Made by a program: the position numbers and the translations under genes
Source: Lama guanicoe
Lineage: Eukaryota
Assembly: GCA_013239625.1 (NCBI GenBank)
Contig: MU053561.1
Location: 2,744,283-2,808,282 of the forward strand
Direction of reading: 5' to 3'
DNA length: 64,000 nt
In this document: positions 1 to 13,255 of the stretch, piece by piece
Layout: every line of letters starts with the position of its first letter
How positions within the stretch are numbered: position 1 is the stretch's first letter
Notes under the pieces: generated by a model
What the model saw: the letters and a program-made list of their open reading frames with translations, nothing else
The model's database searches: none
What the model was told of the DNA's origin: nothing

Positions 1-710
1 AAATTATCACTCAGACAATACAATTGGAGAATAATGAGAACACCTAACCAACTGAATATGGAGTCTCAGCTTTTCCCTGACTTGATACTTCTTCGATGAC
101 TATGAAGACAGCTACACAATGATTCTCATAGAGAAGTACAGGGGAAGAAAAGGTACCTGCAGAGGTCTGACTATAACACTTCCCTGGAATTACACAATTC
201 ATGTATTATAAAAAAAAAAGGAGCGTTTACTCTACTTCTTGGTAGCTTATAGGTGCTCAACAGATGTTTATTTGCTTCAATAAAATTTAAAATGTCTCAA
301 CTTTTGTCCAGCGTTAAGATATATATGGATAATCTCATTTGACTAAATTTTAAGGGAACCATAACTCAGTTTATTGTGAACTGCTGCCATGATAGTAATC
401 CCTTACTCTGTGTTTGGCATCAAGACTGCAGCGTTCTCCTCACTGATGTCCTGAGTGATCTATTAAACCAAAACAAGACTTTAAAGTTCCAATGAATCAC
501 CCACACGATACTCAGTAGTTACGTATATGCTATATCCAGGACATTTGAGACTCACTTTGACAGCAGTTCTGAAATCTTACCATTTAATACAGCTCTCGAG
601 GAGGGTGGTGTCTTTCACAAAGTCCAGAAGTCCCAGTTGAAATCCTGGGACTGAAATTTTCCATTTTGAAAGCAGAGTCATTGTTTGTAATGCTGTTCCC
701 CCAAGGCAGG
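1..710 (-). pseudogene. Exon cluster E of the candidate gene: 581-710, 407-459, 157-205, <1-43
   Basis: Acceptors ctgcttccag, ttttggtttaatag, (T)nataa (decayed), ttggttag. Donors gtaaga, gtaagg, gtacct. Phases chain 0-1, 1-0, 0-1, 1-: PALGEQHYKQ*LCFQNGKFQSQDFNWDFWTL*KTPPSSRAVLN-DHSGHQ*GERCSLDAKHR-YMNCVIPGKCYSQTSA-GVLIILQLYCLSDN. All three stops are TGA. Confidence 0.5.
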
Positions 711-3700
711 CTGGAAGCAGAACTGGAAATGATCACGGCTTGTCTGGCAGGAGAAGTCCTGCCCAGATGTTCCAAGTGATGTAAACTTTCCTGGCTGCAT
801 GAGCAAGACCCTCTGTGAGCTGGGATTCCAGCACCGTGTCCACCCATCAGGAAAGAGCTGCTTCCTCCGCCTCCCTCAATGCACCCGACACCTTCTTTTC
901 TACTTCCCCATCGCCCATTCACTGGGTTTATAGATCTGGACAGTTCATTTCCATTTACTCCGCTGAGGCTGTTCATGGCCATGACAGCTCAGAGGGGCCA
1001 CCAGATGTTATTTTTAACTATCTCCCAGCGTTTTATTAGAACAATTTTCAAACATTCAGGAAAGTTGAAAAAAATGTACAGTGAACAGCCATATACTTTG
1101 CACCACAATTCTAAAATTGACATTCTACTCTGTTTTGTCACATGTCCTCCTGTTTTCGGTCCCTTGGGTGTTCAGCAACCACACTGATCATGGTGGCCAC
1201 AAAACTCTTTCTCTGCCTCTATGGCAGTTATAGACTTGAAAGCACAATTTAATAGGTTCTTATATTCCAAGAGACACTAGCATTTAGTACCTGCTTTGTG
1301 TCAGGTCCTGAGAAAGGCACCATGTACTTTTACACAGAAGATCATCTGATTTTTGACCCATGAAACAGATACAATTATTGTTCCTAACTTACGGCTGAGA
1401 AAATTGAGACACCGAGAGGTAACGGGACTTCCAAAGTTATTTATGGCTAAAATTATTGATATAAACAAAACAGTTACAAATAAAATAGCTTATCTTATAT
1501 ATTTAAAACAAAATAAATAGTTATATTCAAGTGCTTCTGTTGGTGTTTAAATGATACACTGTCAGAATTACGTTGCAATCATTAAACGTGCATTTCAGAA
1601 CAAGATGTTTTGAAGTGATTGTTTGCGTGCAGCCATCTGACATTGCTGTTTAGATGTCTACACCGCGTCCCCAAAGAGGTTTATTTTTGTGTTTTATTTC
1701 TGTAGTTGTTCTTATTATTTAACGTCAGCCATTTTAACTGTAGCACTTCGTTTCTTTTCCCCCTGGAGATTCCAAAGTGTCTCATTTCTTTTCCAGCGTT
1801 GCTTGATGAAAATTCATGGGTCCCAATGACTTAGTGTAAATAATCTAATAGAGAATTCTAGACAACAGCAGAAAATACCATGCATTTTCATACTTGTTTT
1901 ACTAGCCTAAAAACAAGCCATATAACTTTCAGTTATAAACAGCTGTTGAGGATGGAGCCTCGGGTCCCACAAGTTACAAAACAACAAAGTACACCAGGGA
2001 TGGTGGCAAGCATTCAAGTGCACCACCAAAAAAACATCTTCACCACTGTCAGTTAATACTGATGTAAGGGATGGATTTTGGAATGCGAGGAGGTCCACAG
2101 GAAGGGGAGATAGAAGTGGCCAAGAGCAAGCTTTGCATTGCTCAAGACCAGCCCCTAGAACTCACCACTTGCTCCCATTTTTATAGAGGCCCTGATAGAA
2201 AGCTAGTCGGTATGACAACCTAAGTTTATAAGGCACTTTATAATTAACAAAGCATTTTTTTTCTAGAAATTATCAGACTTGAATTTCGCAACAAGTAAGA
2301 AAAAGGCAGGTTCAGTAGCGTTGTTCCCATTTTTCTAAGGCTGAGAAGTTAAATGACTTAACCAGGATGATTCAGCTTTTCTTCCGCCTCACCGGGTGGA
2401 GCCTGGGATTTAGAAAGCAAGGACTTGGATCTGAACAGCTTTGTGCCTTCTGCTAGCGCCAGGCCTCTGAGCCGCTGACTTAACCACTCCGAAACTCTTC
2501 CCCATGAACAGAGGATAATAAAACTTACCTTGTAGGCTTGAGGTTAGGATTATGTTGAATTATGTATGAAAAGTGCTCTATGAACTTCAATATATCATAT
2601 GAGTTTGCTTATTATTAATACGTAGGTAATATATCACCTGTGGTAACATATGTTTTACTTCATTCAACTTTTTATGGTGACATTTTTAAACAGACACTGA
2701 AATGTGTTTGAAAATAATACATATATACAAAATCAGCCTCCATGAACCCATCACCTAGCTTTACCATTTATCAACGTAAGACCATTGGCACTTCATAACC
2801 TCCACTATCCCTCTCTGCTAGATTATTTTTAAAAACAGTACAAGAGTTTATATCACTTCATTCAAAAATACTTGAATACATATATCTAAGAACTCTTTAA
2901 AAAATAATCCATAATGCCATTATCATACCTAGAAGAAATTAACAGTAATTCCTTAATACCATCTACTATTCAATCAGTAGAAAAATTCTGATGATCTCAT
3001 AAACAGTTATTTTACCTGAATTGGGATCCAAACAAGGTACACACATCACTTTTGGTGACATTTCTCAAGTCTTTTTAAATATATATGATACTCTCCCTCC
3101 CTGTCACACCCCCCACTTTTTTTACTTGCAATTTATTTGTTGAAAAAACTGGGTAATTTGTCCTACAAAATCTCCCATATTTTGGATTTGGCTGTTGTAT
3201 GCTCATGGTGTCTTTCACATGTTCTTCTATCCCCAGTGGTTTATATAAACTAGTGATTATATCCGGAGGCTTGATCAGTTTGAGACTAAAATTTGGCAGA
3301 AGTGTTTCTTGGATGGCGCTGTTTCCTTTTCCATCCAACACAGCAGGTGTGTCATGTTTGGTTATCTCTGTTTTTGTGATCTTAAGGTTGAACAGCAGGT
3401 TCATGCTGTGATCCAGGTACATGGAGAATAAACTTTCCAATTTGAGGAACTTTCTTTAAGAGGGAGAAAGCTAAATTACAAATATAAAATTAGGTTCTAG
3501 GTCTTGGAAGAGAGCTGGATAAGTGATTAGGGCTGAAGCTTACACTATATCAGCTCAGGGTAACTCCACCTCTGGATTCAGGTAAAATCAGCCTGATCCA
3601 TTCATTATTAGGTTCCCCATCAGCCTTACAAAGTGGTTGAGCATCACTGATGATCATTGCCTAGATCTGGTTTTTTCACCGTGTAATATTCTAATTCTGT

Positions 3701-3773
3701 CATTCCTTACACATTTCTTAGCCAGTCTTCTTATGTATAAAAGAACTGTCCCACATCAACGATTTGATTACCA

Positions 3774-4349
3774 TGTGACTCAGTCAAGGTCCAGACAGGA
3801 GACAGAAAACACACAGAGATTTGGACAGAAAGATGTTACTATAAGAGATTATTAAATGTAATAGAGGATTAACCAGTAAGGATTAAGAAACTCTAAAGAA
3901 TACAGGAATAGCAGCTCCAGGGAAAAGCCACACCTCCAGAGCTGAGTCAGAGCACCCAAGGGAGTGACAAATTGGAAGAAGGTCTTCCCACCCCAGAAGA
4001 TGGAGACAGTGTGGCTGTAGCCCTCTGGATAGCGAGGAATTCACGGAAGTACATTAGGCCAAGGCTGACAAGCAAGAACTGCCCACTGGGATGCCCACAA
4101 AGCCCCACAGGGAGCCATCGACCAGGGCACTGCTGAAACTCACTGGGGTGTCCTCCACAAACAGGAGAGCACACTGGAGCCAGAAAGAGAAACTCCTTCT
4201 TCCTGCAATGTCCTTCCAGCTTCTTCTACTGACAAAAGCTTAACACTACTCCAGGCAGCAGTAGGAGAAATACTCACAGGGTCCAGTACCAGTATCCCAA
4301 CACAGAGCTAGGAAGCGTGGGTCGGGAGCCCGTACAATGGTAACTGACA
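3774..4349 (-). mobile_element. ERVL-type LTR inserted in an L1MC-like 3' UTR (~2670-4540)
   Basis: TG...CA block that cleanly interrupts L1 3' UTR-like sequence (ttgattacca | tgtcatgaaatgtggttca). Confidence 0.6.
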
Positions 4350-4974
4350 TGTCATGAAATGTGGTTCATACAGGGAAGGCAGGAAAAGCGCTTTGTCCTT
4401 CCCCTTTGTTATCCAGTTTTCTGAATGACTAAGTGCCCTGGAAACCTCCAAAGATTGCCAGAATGATTTCTATTGTTGTCATTGTTGTTTTGAAACCACT
4501 ATAAACTCATGAATTTTAACATCCTTGAAGTACCCGATTCAGTTATTCTTTTAGATTGGCAGCATATATTTTAAACAGATCCAACGCACAAAGAATGCAT
4601 GTTTTCTCCTTAAGTGTTTATGGAAGATAAAACAGAAAACTATCTCAAAGATTTTGGACACAAAAACTCTCATAGCAGAAAAACCAATAGCCCAGAAGAA
4701 TTAGAGCTGGGGAGTTTCTTTTCTGTTGGCTCAAACATTACTCTGAAGCCTGTGGGAAATCTGGTTCTCAAATGCATGCTAGCCATAAAATAAGGAAAGG
4801 AAGCTTTGTTTATCGCAGCGAGCCCATCAGAACTTCCCAACTGCTGTGTCATGACCCACACACATATTAATACTTTCTGTGTGTGCTATGAAGTGACAAA
4901 GAATGGGAAGCATTGGACTGAGTGACTGAGGCAGACTTTATTTTTCTGAGTTGGCTAAGACAACCTCTCTCACC

Positions 4975-5480
4975 CTATATGCTTCTTTGTAACATGACTG
5001 TATCACACCTCCATCAGGAGGTGGAGCCTAATTCCCCTCCCCTTGAGTCTAGTCTGTCTCGTATTCACTTGTAGCCAATAGAATGCCATGGGAGTGGTGC
5101 TGCATGACTTCTGAGGCTAGATCAGAGAAGGCCTTGCAGCTCCAGCCTGGTTCTTTGGGGGTGCTTGTCCTGGGGGAAGCTAGACATCAGGTAAGAAGTC
5201 CAACCACCCTGAGTTGGCCCAGCTAGAGAGGCCATGTGTGGGCTTCCTAATGGACAGTCCATTCAGTCAACATTAACCACCACTCACGTGAATGAGCCAT
5301 TTGCACGTTCAGCCCAGCAGAGCCTTCAGATACTGCAGCTCCAGCTAACATCTGACTGTAACCACAAGAAAGACCCTGAGTGAAAAGTGTCCAGCAATGC
5401 TCTTTTAAGTAAAATGATATGATTGTTTTAAGGTGCCAAGTTTTGGGGTAATTTGTAGTTCCACAATAGACTGGAATAAG
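4975..5480 (+). mobile_element. MLT1 (MaLR) LTR
   Basis: ccaatagaatg...gacttctgaggctag and the terminal gttgttttaag...ttttggggtaatttgt...caatag pattern. Confidence 0.8.
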
Positions 5481-5531
5481 GGCCTAGAAGGCCTTTCCTA
5501 CACAGGTGACAAGTCAAGACTGAGCATAGGC

Positions 5532-5979
5532 TGTGGTCAAAGAATGTCACCTGCCATTTCAGTAAACCAAGGATGTTGCCGCCATCGAGACATCAGCCAC
5601 TGCAGCCACCCCACAACGATGCACCTTGAGGGGAATTTAGGTTGGAGGAAAGCAGGACACTGAAACCCCACATAGCTAAGATGCATATCAAAGGACTAAT
5701 TTCAATGAGCACAGACTCTTGCCTCTTTCCATACATTGAAAAGGACTAAAATTGAGATGTCTGTTTTTTGATTAGCAGTAAGCTTCTCACATTCAACTAC
5801 ATTTTGTTTTTGTTTTGTTTTCAGCAAATACCCTATATATCCTAGCTCCTCCCTCACCTCTTTGGAACGGTTCCTCAGAGCTGTCTGAGAGGTTGTCTCC
5901 CAGTCCATAGTCCTCAGTAAGGTCCCTGAATAAAACGTAACTTGCAACCTTTAGGTTGTGCGTTTTTCTTGAGTCAACA
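5532..5979 (+). mobile_element. ERV1-type solo LTR
   Basis: TG...CA termini, TATATA at ~5834, AATAAA at ~5929. Confidence 0.8.
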
Positions 5980-7592
5980 AGATCTATGAATTATGGGTAT
6001 TCTGCAGAGGTGATTTTTTTTTTTTAAAGAAGCCTACTTCTAAGTTCTGATCCGAGGATCCTTCGAGTCCTTGTGCAAGCCGTGGTCACTCCTCAGTAGA
6101 CGTTATGTCTCCTGAGTCACCTGTCTCCTAGCTGATGGACTAGCACTCTTTCCTGGTCGCTTCCAGGCATTGCAGCTCAGTCACTCATTCTGGGTGACAG
6201 CAGGAGAGGACCATTGGCTTTCTTCCTAAAGTATCCTGTTGGTTTAGCCATCAGAAGAGTATACTGTTCTTGAGAGACAGTGAGAAGTGGAAGGGGGAAC
6301 ATGGACTCTAGGACCAAAAGATCGGGGTTCAATTCCAGATCCACTCACATACTAGCTGTGGGATCTTGAAGACATTATTTAACAGTTTTAGTTTCAGTTT
6401 CCCCACCTGAAAATGAAAAAAAATAACCTGTGTCCCATAGAGATGTTCAGAGGATTAAATAAAATTGCACCTATGAAACCCTAGGATTTCAATCAGCTTG
6501 TTTGAGCTTCTTTTATTATGCTTATGCCTTTCCATTTTATTTTTAGAAAATTTTAAAATCTAATAAAGAAAAGAACAATCATCTGTAGTCTCACAACTTG
6601 GAATTACCACCGTTTACATTTTGAGTTACTTATTTTCAGTCTTTTTTTTTCAAACCACTTTGCTGGTTGTTTTGGGAAAACTGAGAAATATCATGTATTT
6701 ATTAGAAACTCTTCAATCATACAGAAAAGTGCCCCCAAATATGGAAAGCTTCATGAAGGTTCAAGTTATCTGGTGCAGGGGCCATGATAATCTCTGTATC
6801 ATTCCAATGTTTTCATATCTGTGATGCCCCAGTGGCATCCTGGCATGCTTTTAAATACTAGGGTTTCACTGGTACGTAAGAAACAATTCAGTTATATCTG
6901 CTGTCAACCCCCTGGTCTTTCAGATGTCCTTTAACCTTGGATCTCTATTTGAGTACAACCCTATTGCCCTGGCTGGACCCTCTTATCCTCAGGAGGAAAC
7001 ACTCGCTATTGTTCTAGCCAAAGGAAAACTGTCTCCATCACCACCCTGTCCTCTGCCTCTTTTTGCAGCAAATTGTACTCAATTCCATGCTACATCCCAC
7101 TGCCTGCTCAGCTCCACATTCCTTCTCACATATCATTGCTGTTTTAGAACATACTGTCAGTTGTATCAAATTTTACACACGCACCTTCATTTGGTGGCAC
7201 AAGTGGGAAGGGCGTGTGGCACTGCAGTGTTGCGGTGTACTGTCCTGCTGCCTTGGCGTTTGCTTCTGTGTGGGCCACACAGCAGTCACGTCCACATGGG
7301 TGACTCTGTACCTGTTTTGAATTCATCCTCCCTCCAGCCTTTGTGACCTCCCAGCCTCTCCCCAGGGTCAAGCCTCTCTCCCAGGAGCTGGGAAGGCAGA
7401 GCCAGTGTGCTCCCAATGGACACAACAAACCACCCAAGACTCCAGGAGGAGAAGCATCATTGGCTTGCTGCCTCCGAGAGGATTTACCTTGAGCTCATCT
7501 ACACCTTCCCTGGGAGTCTTTAGAAGCCTTCTAGGCTTTAGCCTTCCTGCAGGTGAGCTCTTGATATAAGATATTAAAGAAAAAGAATTATT

Positions 7593-8222
7593 CTGTTAAA
7601 GGAAAAATTATTTATGACATTTATGAAAGCATGGTAAGGCAGACTTTATTCAAGGGGACTGTTGTGATAGTCGCAATGGGCTTTTGCTGTAGGAAAGAGA
7701 GATTGGGCTCAACTCTGAATACAACAAAGAAAAGTGGAGATTTATGGCCAAAGAGCAGGATGGGAGTCAGTGGATGGAAAACTGCCATGAGGGAACATCA
7801 GGGTAAAGGAGGATTCAGGTTAAACTGACCTGCCAGGATTCTTGCTGAAGGCAGGCCAGGGTGCTTGGACATCCCCTGGGGGGTGGAGGGGAGAAGGAAC
7901 CCAATCAGGTATTGAGAATGATCACATACTGAGGGTGGGGGTTCTTGCTAAGCTGATTTAGTAGGATTCTTGCTAAAATTAGCCAGTGCCAGGGGGAGGA
8001 TATAGCTCAGTGGTAGAGCACGTGATTAGCATCCATGAGGTCATGGGTTCGATCATCAGTACCTCCATTAAATAAATAATAATAATAAATAAACCTAATT
8101 ACCTCCTCCCACAAAACAAAACAAAAGATTGGACAGTGCAGAGATGGACATGGAAGCCCAAGGTCAGGACCCAGTTGAGAAGAGAGTTGAGAGAGTCTTT
8201 GTCAGGAAGTGGGTCTTGACCA
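7593..8222 (-). mobile_element. ERV1-type LTR containing a SINE
   Basis: tgttaaaggaaaaattatt...gactttattcaagggg antisense LTR end; repeated aggattcttgct motif. Confidence 0.65.
7992..8126 (+). mobile_element. vic-1-like camelid tRNA-derived SINE
   Basis: A box tagctcagtggtagagc, B box ggttcgatc, aaataaacctaattacctcc tail; degenerate TSD aaaattagccagtgc / aagattggacagtgc. Confidence 0.85.
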
Positions 8223-10049
8223 GTGTTCAGGAATCTGGATATCATGACAAAACATGACCTGGTACTCCTGCCAGCCTTGGGCCCAAGCCCTGGTGGGTGA
8301 ATGAGGGCAGAGTGCTGCTGGTTGTGTCATTCTCGGCGTTTCCTGTGACCTGGGTTTCCTCTACCCAACACCGTGCCCTGTCAAGACTAAAGAAGAACAG
8401 GACAAAGGAATGGAGGACGAAGGCTTGCTTGAACTTCAGCAAAATGGGGAGCTGAGGGCAGGAGCTGGGACTGGTAAAGAACTTTCCAGATAAAACTGGC
8501 CTGGAGGGTGCTGAGTGCGTCTCCTGTCCACACACAGGGCATCTTCAGAGTCACCGCTTCTCCCCTCGTCTTCTCCCCGAAGAAGCTGGTGCAAACAACC
8601 TCACAGTGCCTGCTTTAAAGCCATGTCTTTGGAATAAGTCCTTCTCTCTCTCAAAAGTGCCTCTAAGCATCGTTTTGCCCAGAAACCACTTAACCCATTT
8701 GCACGCAAGTTAGTTACACAGCAGACTAATAACTTAAGACATTAACTGCCATGTTCTGTTTTTCTCTTCCACCACCACTGGCATTTGTACACTGAGACAG
8801 TGAGGCTGCGATTTGCCTCGGGCGGGAGCTGTCAGGCAAGGATAAGACGTGTGAAAAAGTGCCTGATCCCTGACTTCGGGGTTCAAAGGGCAGCATCTCA
8901 GGTGAGGCTGAGGGGCTGGAAGTGCACACCAGCAGAGCAGGCTTCTGTCCAGGGTCCCCCCCCCCCCCGCAGATGTAAACCTAGAGAAAGCACATGGGCC
9001 AGAGGGGAGAGGGAGAGAGTTCTGGAAGGTCCAGCAATAATGCAGGAGCTATAAGGTGTGCTCCCATCTTTATCCCAAACCAGAAGGAGTTGGAGGGACA
9101 GGATCTGAGTCAGAAGTGCCTTGGAGCCTGCAGATCTTCCTGCTGGGGGGCATGAGGCGCGGAGAGAGGGTTGCATGGGCAACTGAGTGGGGAGAAAGGG
9201 GATCAGCCCCCTCTGAACAGGAGGGCAGTGCCCATCAGGAAAGCCCAGGAGAAGGGACCCTGGTCTAAGGGGTGTAGCAGGGAGCACCTCTTGGGAGTCA
9301 GAGGGGAGCATGACTGTTCCTCTTTTGGCCATTTTCAAGGAGAGGTGGGAATGGACTCAGCACGGACCAGCTGCTGAGATCAGCCCCAGGAGGGCCATAC
9401 ATGGTCTGAGCTGAAAGGGACAGGTGGGAAGAGGCCATAGGCCACGGACAGGAGCACAGCCCTGAGATAATCAAGGACTGAGATGTCTCTGCCAGCTGCA
9501 GGGGCCCCTAATGTGGAGGGGAGGCAGTTAGCTAAGTCTCTTAGAACTGAGCCTGGGGAAGGCTGAAGAAGGGCATTTTAACCCTAAATATGAAATGTTT
9601 AGGAAGGCAAAGGTGACTACGTGGCCTTTTAGTATTATACCCTAATGCAGTGAAATCAGCCCACCTAAGAGTTATCTGATGTTCTAGGGCAGGGGTCTCA
9701 AAGTACGGTCTGGGGGTCCCTGAGACCCTCTCAGGGGCCCATGAGGTTAAAACAATTTTCACAATAATAATGTTTCAGTCGGTTGATAACAAATGTTATC
9801 TGCCACCCATACAGGAATCCCCACACTGGATTTCTGAGAGACAAGAAATAAATTCTTCTTTTTAGGCACATATGTAGACTCTTTGTAGCCTCCCCATGGT
9901 TAAGTTGGCCCTGCCACCGAGTTTTGGGCAAGAGGTTAAAGGCAGAAGTGATGCCCTCCACTCCCACACTTGGCCCCGAAGTCCTCCCATGGGTCACCAT
10001 CCATGTTCTTCCCTGTTGTGGGACAAGGTGGTGGCTGTGGACTGGTGAC

Positions 10050-10495
10050 ATGGTGACTCGTGGGTTAGTAAAAGAATTTGCCAGAGATAAAGTATGAGAA
10101 TAGGAGTTTATTAGGGTATGCTGCTAAAGGCAACAGTGGACCACACAGACAAGAGGTGCTGTGTGAGCATCGAGGGCCAGTTGTTGGGGTCTTTTATAAG
10201 GTAGGGTCACAAGGTGCCTGATCGGCTTATGCACAAATCTCTGATTGGTTGTAGATGAGGTAAGACGTCTAGGGTCTGTGAAGGGCGGTGGAGTTTATGA
10301 CTCTGGTAACATGGGCTGAACAAACCAGCCCGAGCTGTTGTGAGATTAGGCTTTACCTGGGGCTATTAGTTTGTCAGGGGAAACTCGCCCAGTAAAGAAT
10401 GTACTTAATCTGTTGAGGGATCACAGGCAGGCATCCGAGAGCCCAGAAATGGGGGTTGCTGGACTCCGAAGGACATCAGTTGGCCCCACATTCCC
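10050..10495 (-). mobile_element. ERV LTR nested in an MLT1 LTR (~9790-10735)
   Basis: Antisense AATAAA (10108), TATAAAA (10192) and CCAAT (10245) in LTR order. Boundaries approximate. Confidence 0.6.
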
Positions 10496-11109
10496 CACGC
10501 TGGCTGGTTGGGATGAAACTGGCTGCCCTCCCTGCAGTCTCCCATCCCCAAGGCACTCTTGGGAACAGCCTGTCGACAATGGCAGAGAAGGAAGCTGGAT
10601 CCCTGAATCCGGCTTAAGAGAGAGCCACCCATGCAGGAAACTCACATTGGATAAAAAGAGACAAGAAATAAACTCTTATTGTGTTAAATCACTGAGCCTT
10701 GAGGCTTTATCTGTTACTAATAAAATGAGCTCCACAATATGAAGACTGAGGCCACTTATCTAGAGTTAACTGCTGTTGTCAAATTCAACGCATGGTAAAT
10801 GTAATCTGACAAATCCCTCATCTGTTTGGCAGCCCTTCAGGTTTTGACATCAGCTGTTATTGTGCTGCTTGACAACCAGGCATCAATAATAAACATTTCA
10901 CAAAAACGGTTGTAATAGCTTTTGCTTTTTAAAAGACAAACTAATTTCCTACTCTTTTCCTCCTCCAGTCCCTACGCTTGGCATGAGTCAAAAATTGCTT
11001 CTGATCCTGTGCACATTATCATCCTTAAAACCATGGCAATAATAGGCATATACTATCTAGAAAGTGGGGTTGATAACCTTACTGCAGGCTAGGCTGGTCA
11101 TCTTATGAC

Positions 11110-11913
11110 TGAAGGGGAGCAGAATATGCTACCTTGGCATAAGGATTATTTTGAGTCAAAGGCAATTGAGAAGAAGCAGATAGAAGAAAAGCTCTCTGCT
11201 CTCCCTGTGTTTGCCCCAAAAACAGAGCATAAATTTGAAAAGGTTCTCCCAACTCCGCCACCCCACCATCCCTCCTTACTTGGAGAGGCAGAAGTTAATC
11301 ACCAGAGATAACTGGAGGTCCTTATCAGCCCAGAGACCAGCACCAAAGGAATCTGCCTAACAACCTCTGCTAATACCAGCCCTTATGTACCATTACTTTC
11401 CCTGCGGGTTTGCCTTCCAACAGTTTCCCACCCCTGGAAGCTCAGTCCTTTTCCTCATTACTTCTCTAAAAGCTTGTTGTTCTTAACTTATGGTTACCAG
11501 GGGGTAAAGGAGCTGGGAAGAGATAAACTGGGAATTCGAAATTTGCACCTCTTGGAGAGTGATGGAAATGTTAGCTATCTTGATTGTGGTGGTGGTTTCA
11601 TGGGTGTAGCCACCTATCAAAATTCATCAAATTGTACATCTGAAATATGTGTAGTTTACTGTACAGGAATCACACCATAAAAAGGTGTTTAAAAAAAAAA
11701 GCTTGTTTTTTTGTTGAGATGCTATATAAACCCAAGTTCTAGCTACACCTTTGAATTACTTATTAGTGAGCACTCCCACGTGTTCTTGCAACGCACATAT
11801 GAATAAACATCTGTTTTTCTCTTGTTAAACTGTCTTTTGTCAGTCTGATTTGCAGAGCCCAAGACAATGAATATAAGGTAGGTAGAAGAAAAACCGTTTT
11901 TCCTCCTCTGTCA
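11110..11913 (+). mobile_element. MER34/MER39-like ERV1 solo LTR interrupted by a retroposed insert at 11485-11700
   Basis: Starts tgaaggggagcagaatatgc...ggcataaggattattttgag; TATATAA ~11724, AATAAA ~11802; ends ttttcctcctctgtca. Confidence 0.8.
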
Positions 11914-12949
11914 CTGGATCTTAACCTCAAGTCTGGGCTCCCCTCTCTGTACTGGGGAGAGACAAAGTGGAGCCTAAGAACACATCAGCCAGGATGGAGA
12001 AGGGGTTCAAAACTGCCATTTGGGAGATAGCCAAGGGACTCAGAGAAAAGAAAATTCCAGGAAGATGTGGTAACTGTCTTAACCTATTTGAAAGACTGTC
12101 ATGTTGAAGAGGGATTAGATTTACACTCTGGCCCCAAGGGGCGGAAACAGAACCAACCGACTGAAAGCTCCCAGTGAGAAATACTTCAATAAAGAAAGAA
12201 CTTTCTAACAGGGCAAGAGTATCCATAAATGGAAGTGACTCTGGTGTGAAGAAGGAAGTTACTGCTGATTTAAAGGAAGAAAGGGGACGGAGAAAAGAAA
12301 GAAAAAAATCTCAGAGACTTCTGTACAGAAGTAACAGCACATTTCCTTTCATTTGAAGGTTGGAAGTGGTTTTCTGCCTTGGGTTGATTTTGAGGCAGAC
12401 TGCTTCATTGTTCTGGGGAAAAAATACCCCTCAAGAACCTTTGGTTATGCAAATATAAAACAACAACCCTTTTCTAGAATGACAGGTTTGAAAGCCTGGC
12501 TCTCAGGAGCTAAACAGCATTACATAATAATGAAAAATATTTTTCTTTTTTTTGTGGGAAAAGTTACATCTTTACTAATTGAGTTTCTGGGAGGAAAATA
12601 TTTCTTCCCTAAGTGTGGATTTGTACTCCATGCACTATTTCCATATTATAACTTGTCTTTGGGGAGGTGTGGATGTGTATTTTGCCTCCACAGTTGCTCA
12701 GGAGAGACTCAGACGATGGTTGGGAGGGCCTGGCCAGCCTGCCTTCATTCTGAGCTGGAGACAGTTTAGACAGTATACGTCCCATTCACTCTCTAGGAAT
12801 GAGAGACCCAGACGCGGGCAAAGTACTGGTACAGAATTCTAAGGTTTTGATGGATTCAAATGGGGGCTTTAGGGCAGTGTTCCTCAGAGCCTGATTCGAG
12901 GCTAGATAGATTCCATTTAAAGAATAATTATAAAATGAACATTTATGTA

Positions 12950-13255
12950 ATCAATCAGCGTCAGAATAGAACACTGATTTCAAGATCAAGTACCGTGCTG
13001 CCTTCCAATCACAGCTCCTCTCTTTCCCAGAGACTGCTGGGAATGATTTTGTATCATTCCAATGCTTGTCTTTATAGTTTTGACATGTGTGTAACTCTAA
13101 AGACCATTTTCTAAGTTTTGCGTTTTTGAACTTTAATTAAATTGATTCATAGTCTGCGTATCCTTCTTTGATTGGCTCTTTTAACTCATGATTGATCCAT
13201 GTTGATGTCTGTTGCTGTGTTTCATTCCTTTCTGGTGCATTAGCATTCCGTATAC
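12950..13255 (-). mobile_element. Old L1 3' UTR fragment
   Basis: Resembles an antisense L1M 3' UTR (ttttgaacttt...gatccatgttgatgt...ttcattcctt...gcattcc). Confidence 0.65.

Noticed and set aside
7992..8075. tRNA-like sequences (also at 26741, 32750 and 36800)
   Set aside because: These are SINE heads with A/B boxes, A-rich tails and TSDs, not intact tRNA cloverleaves.
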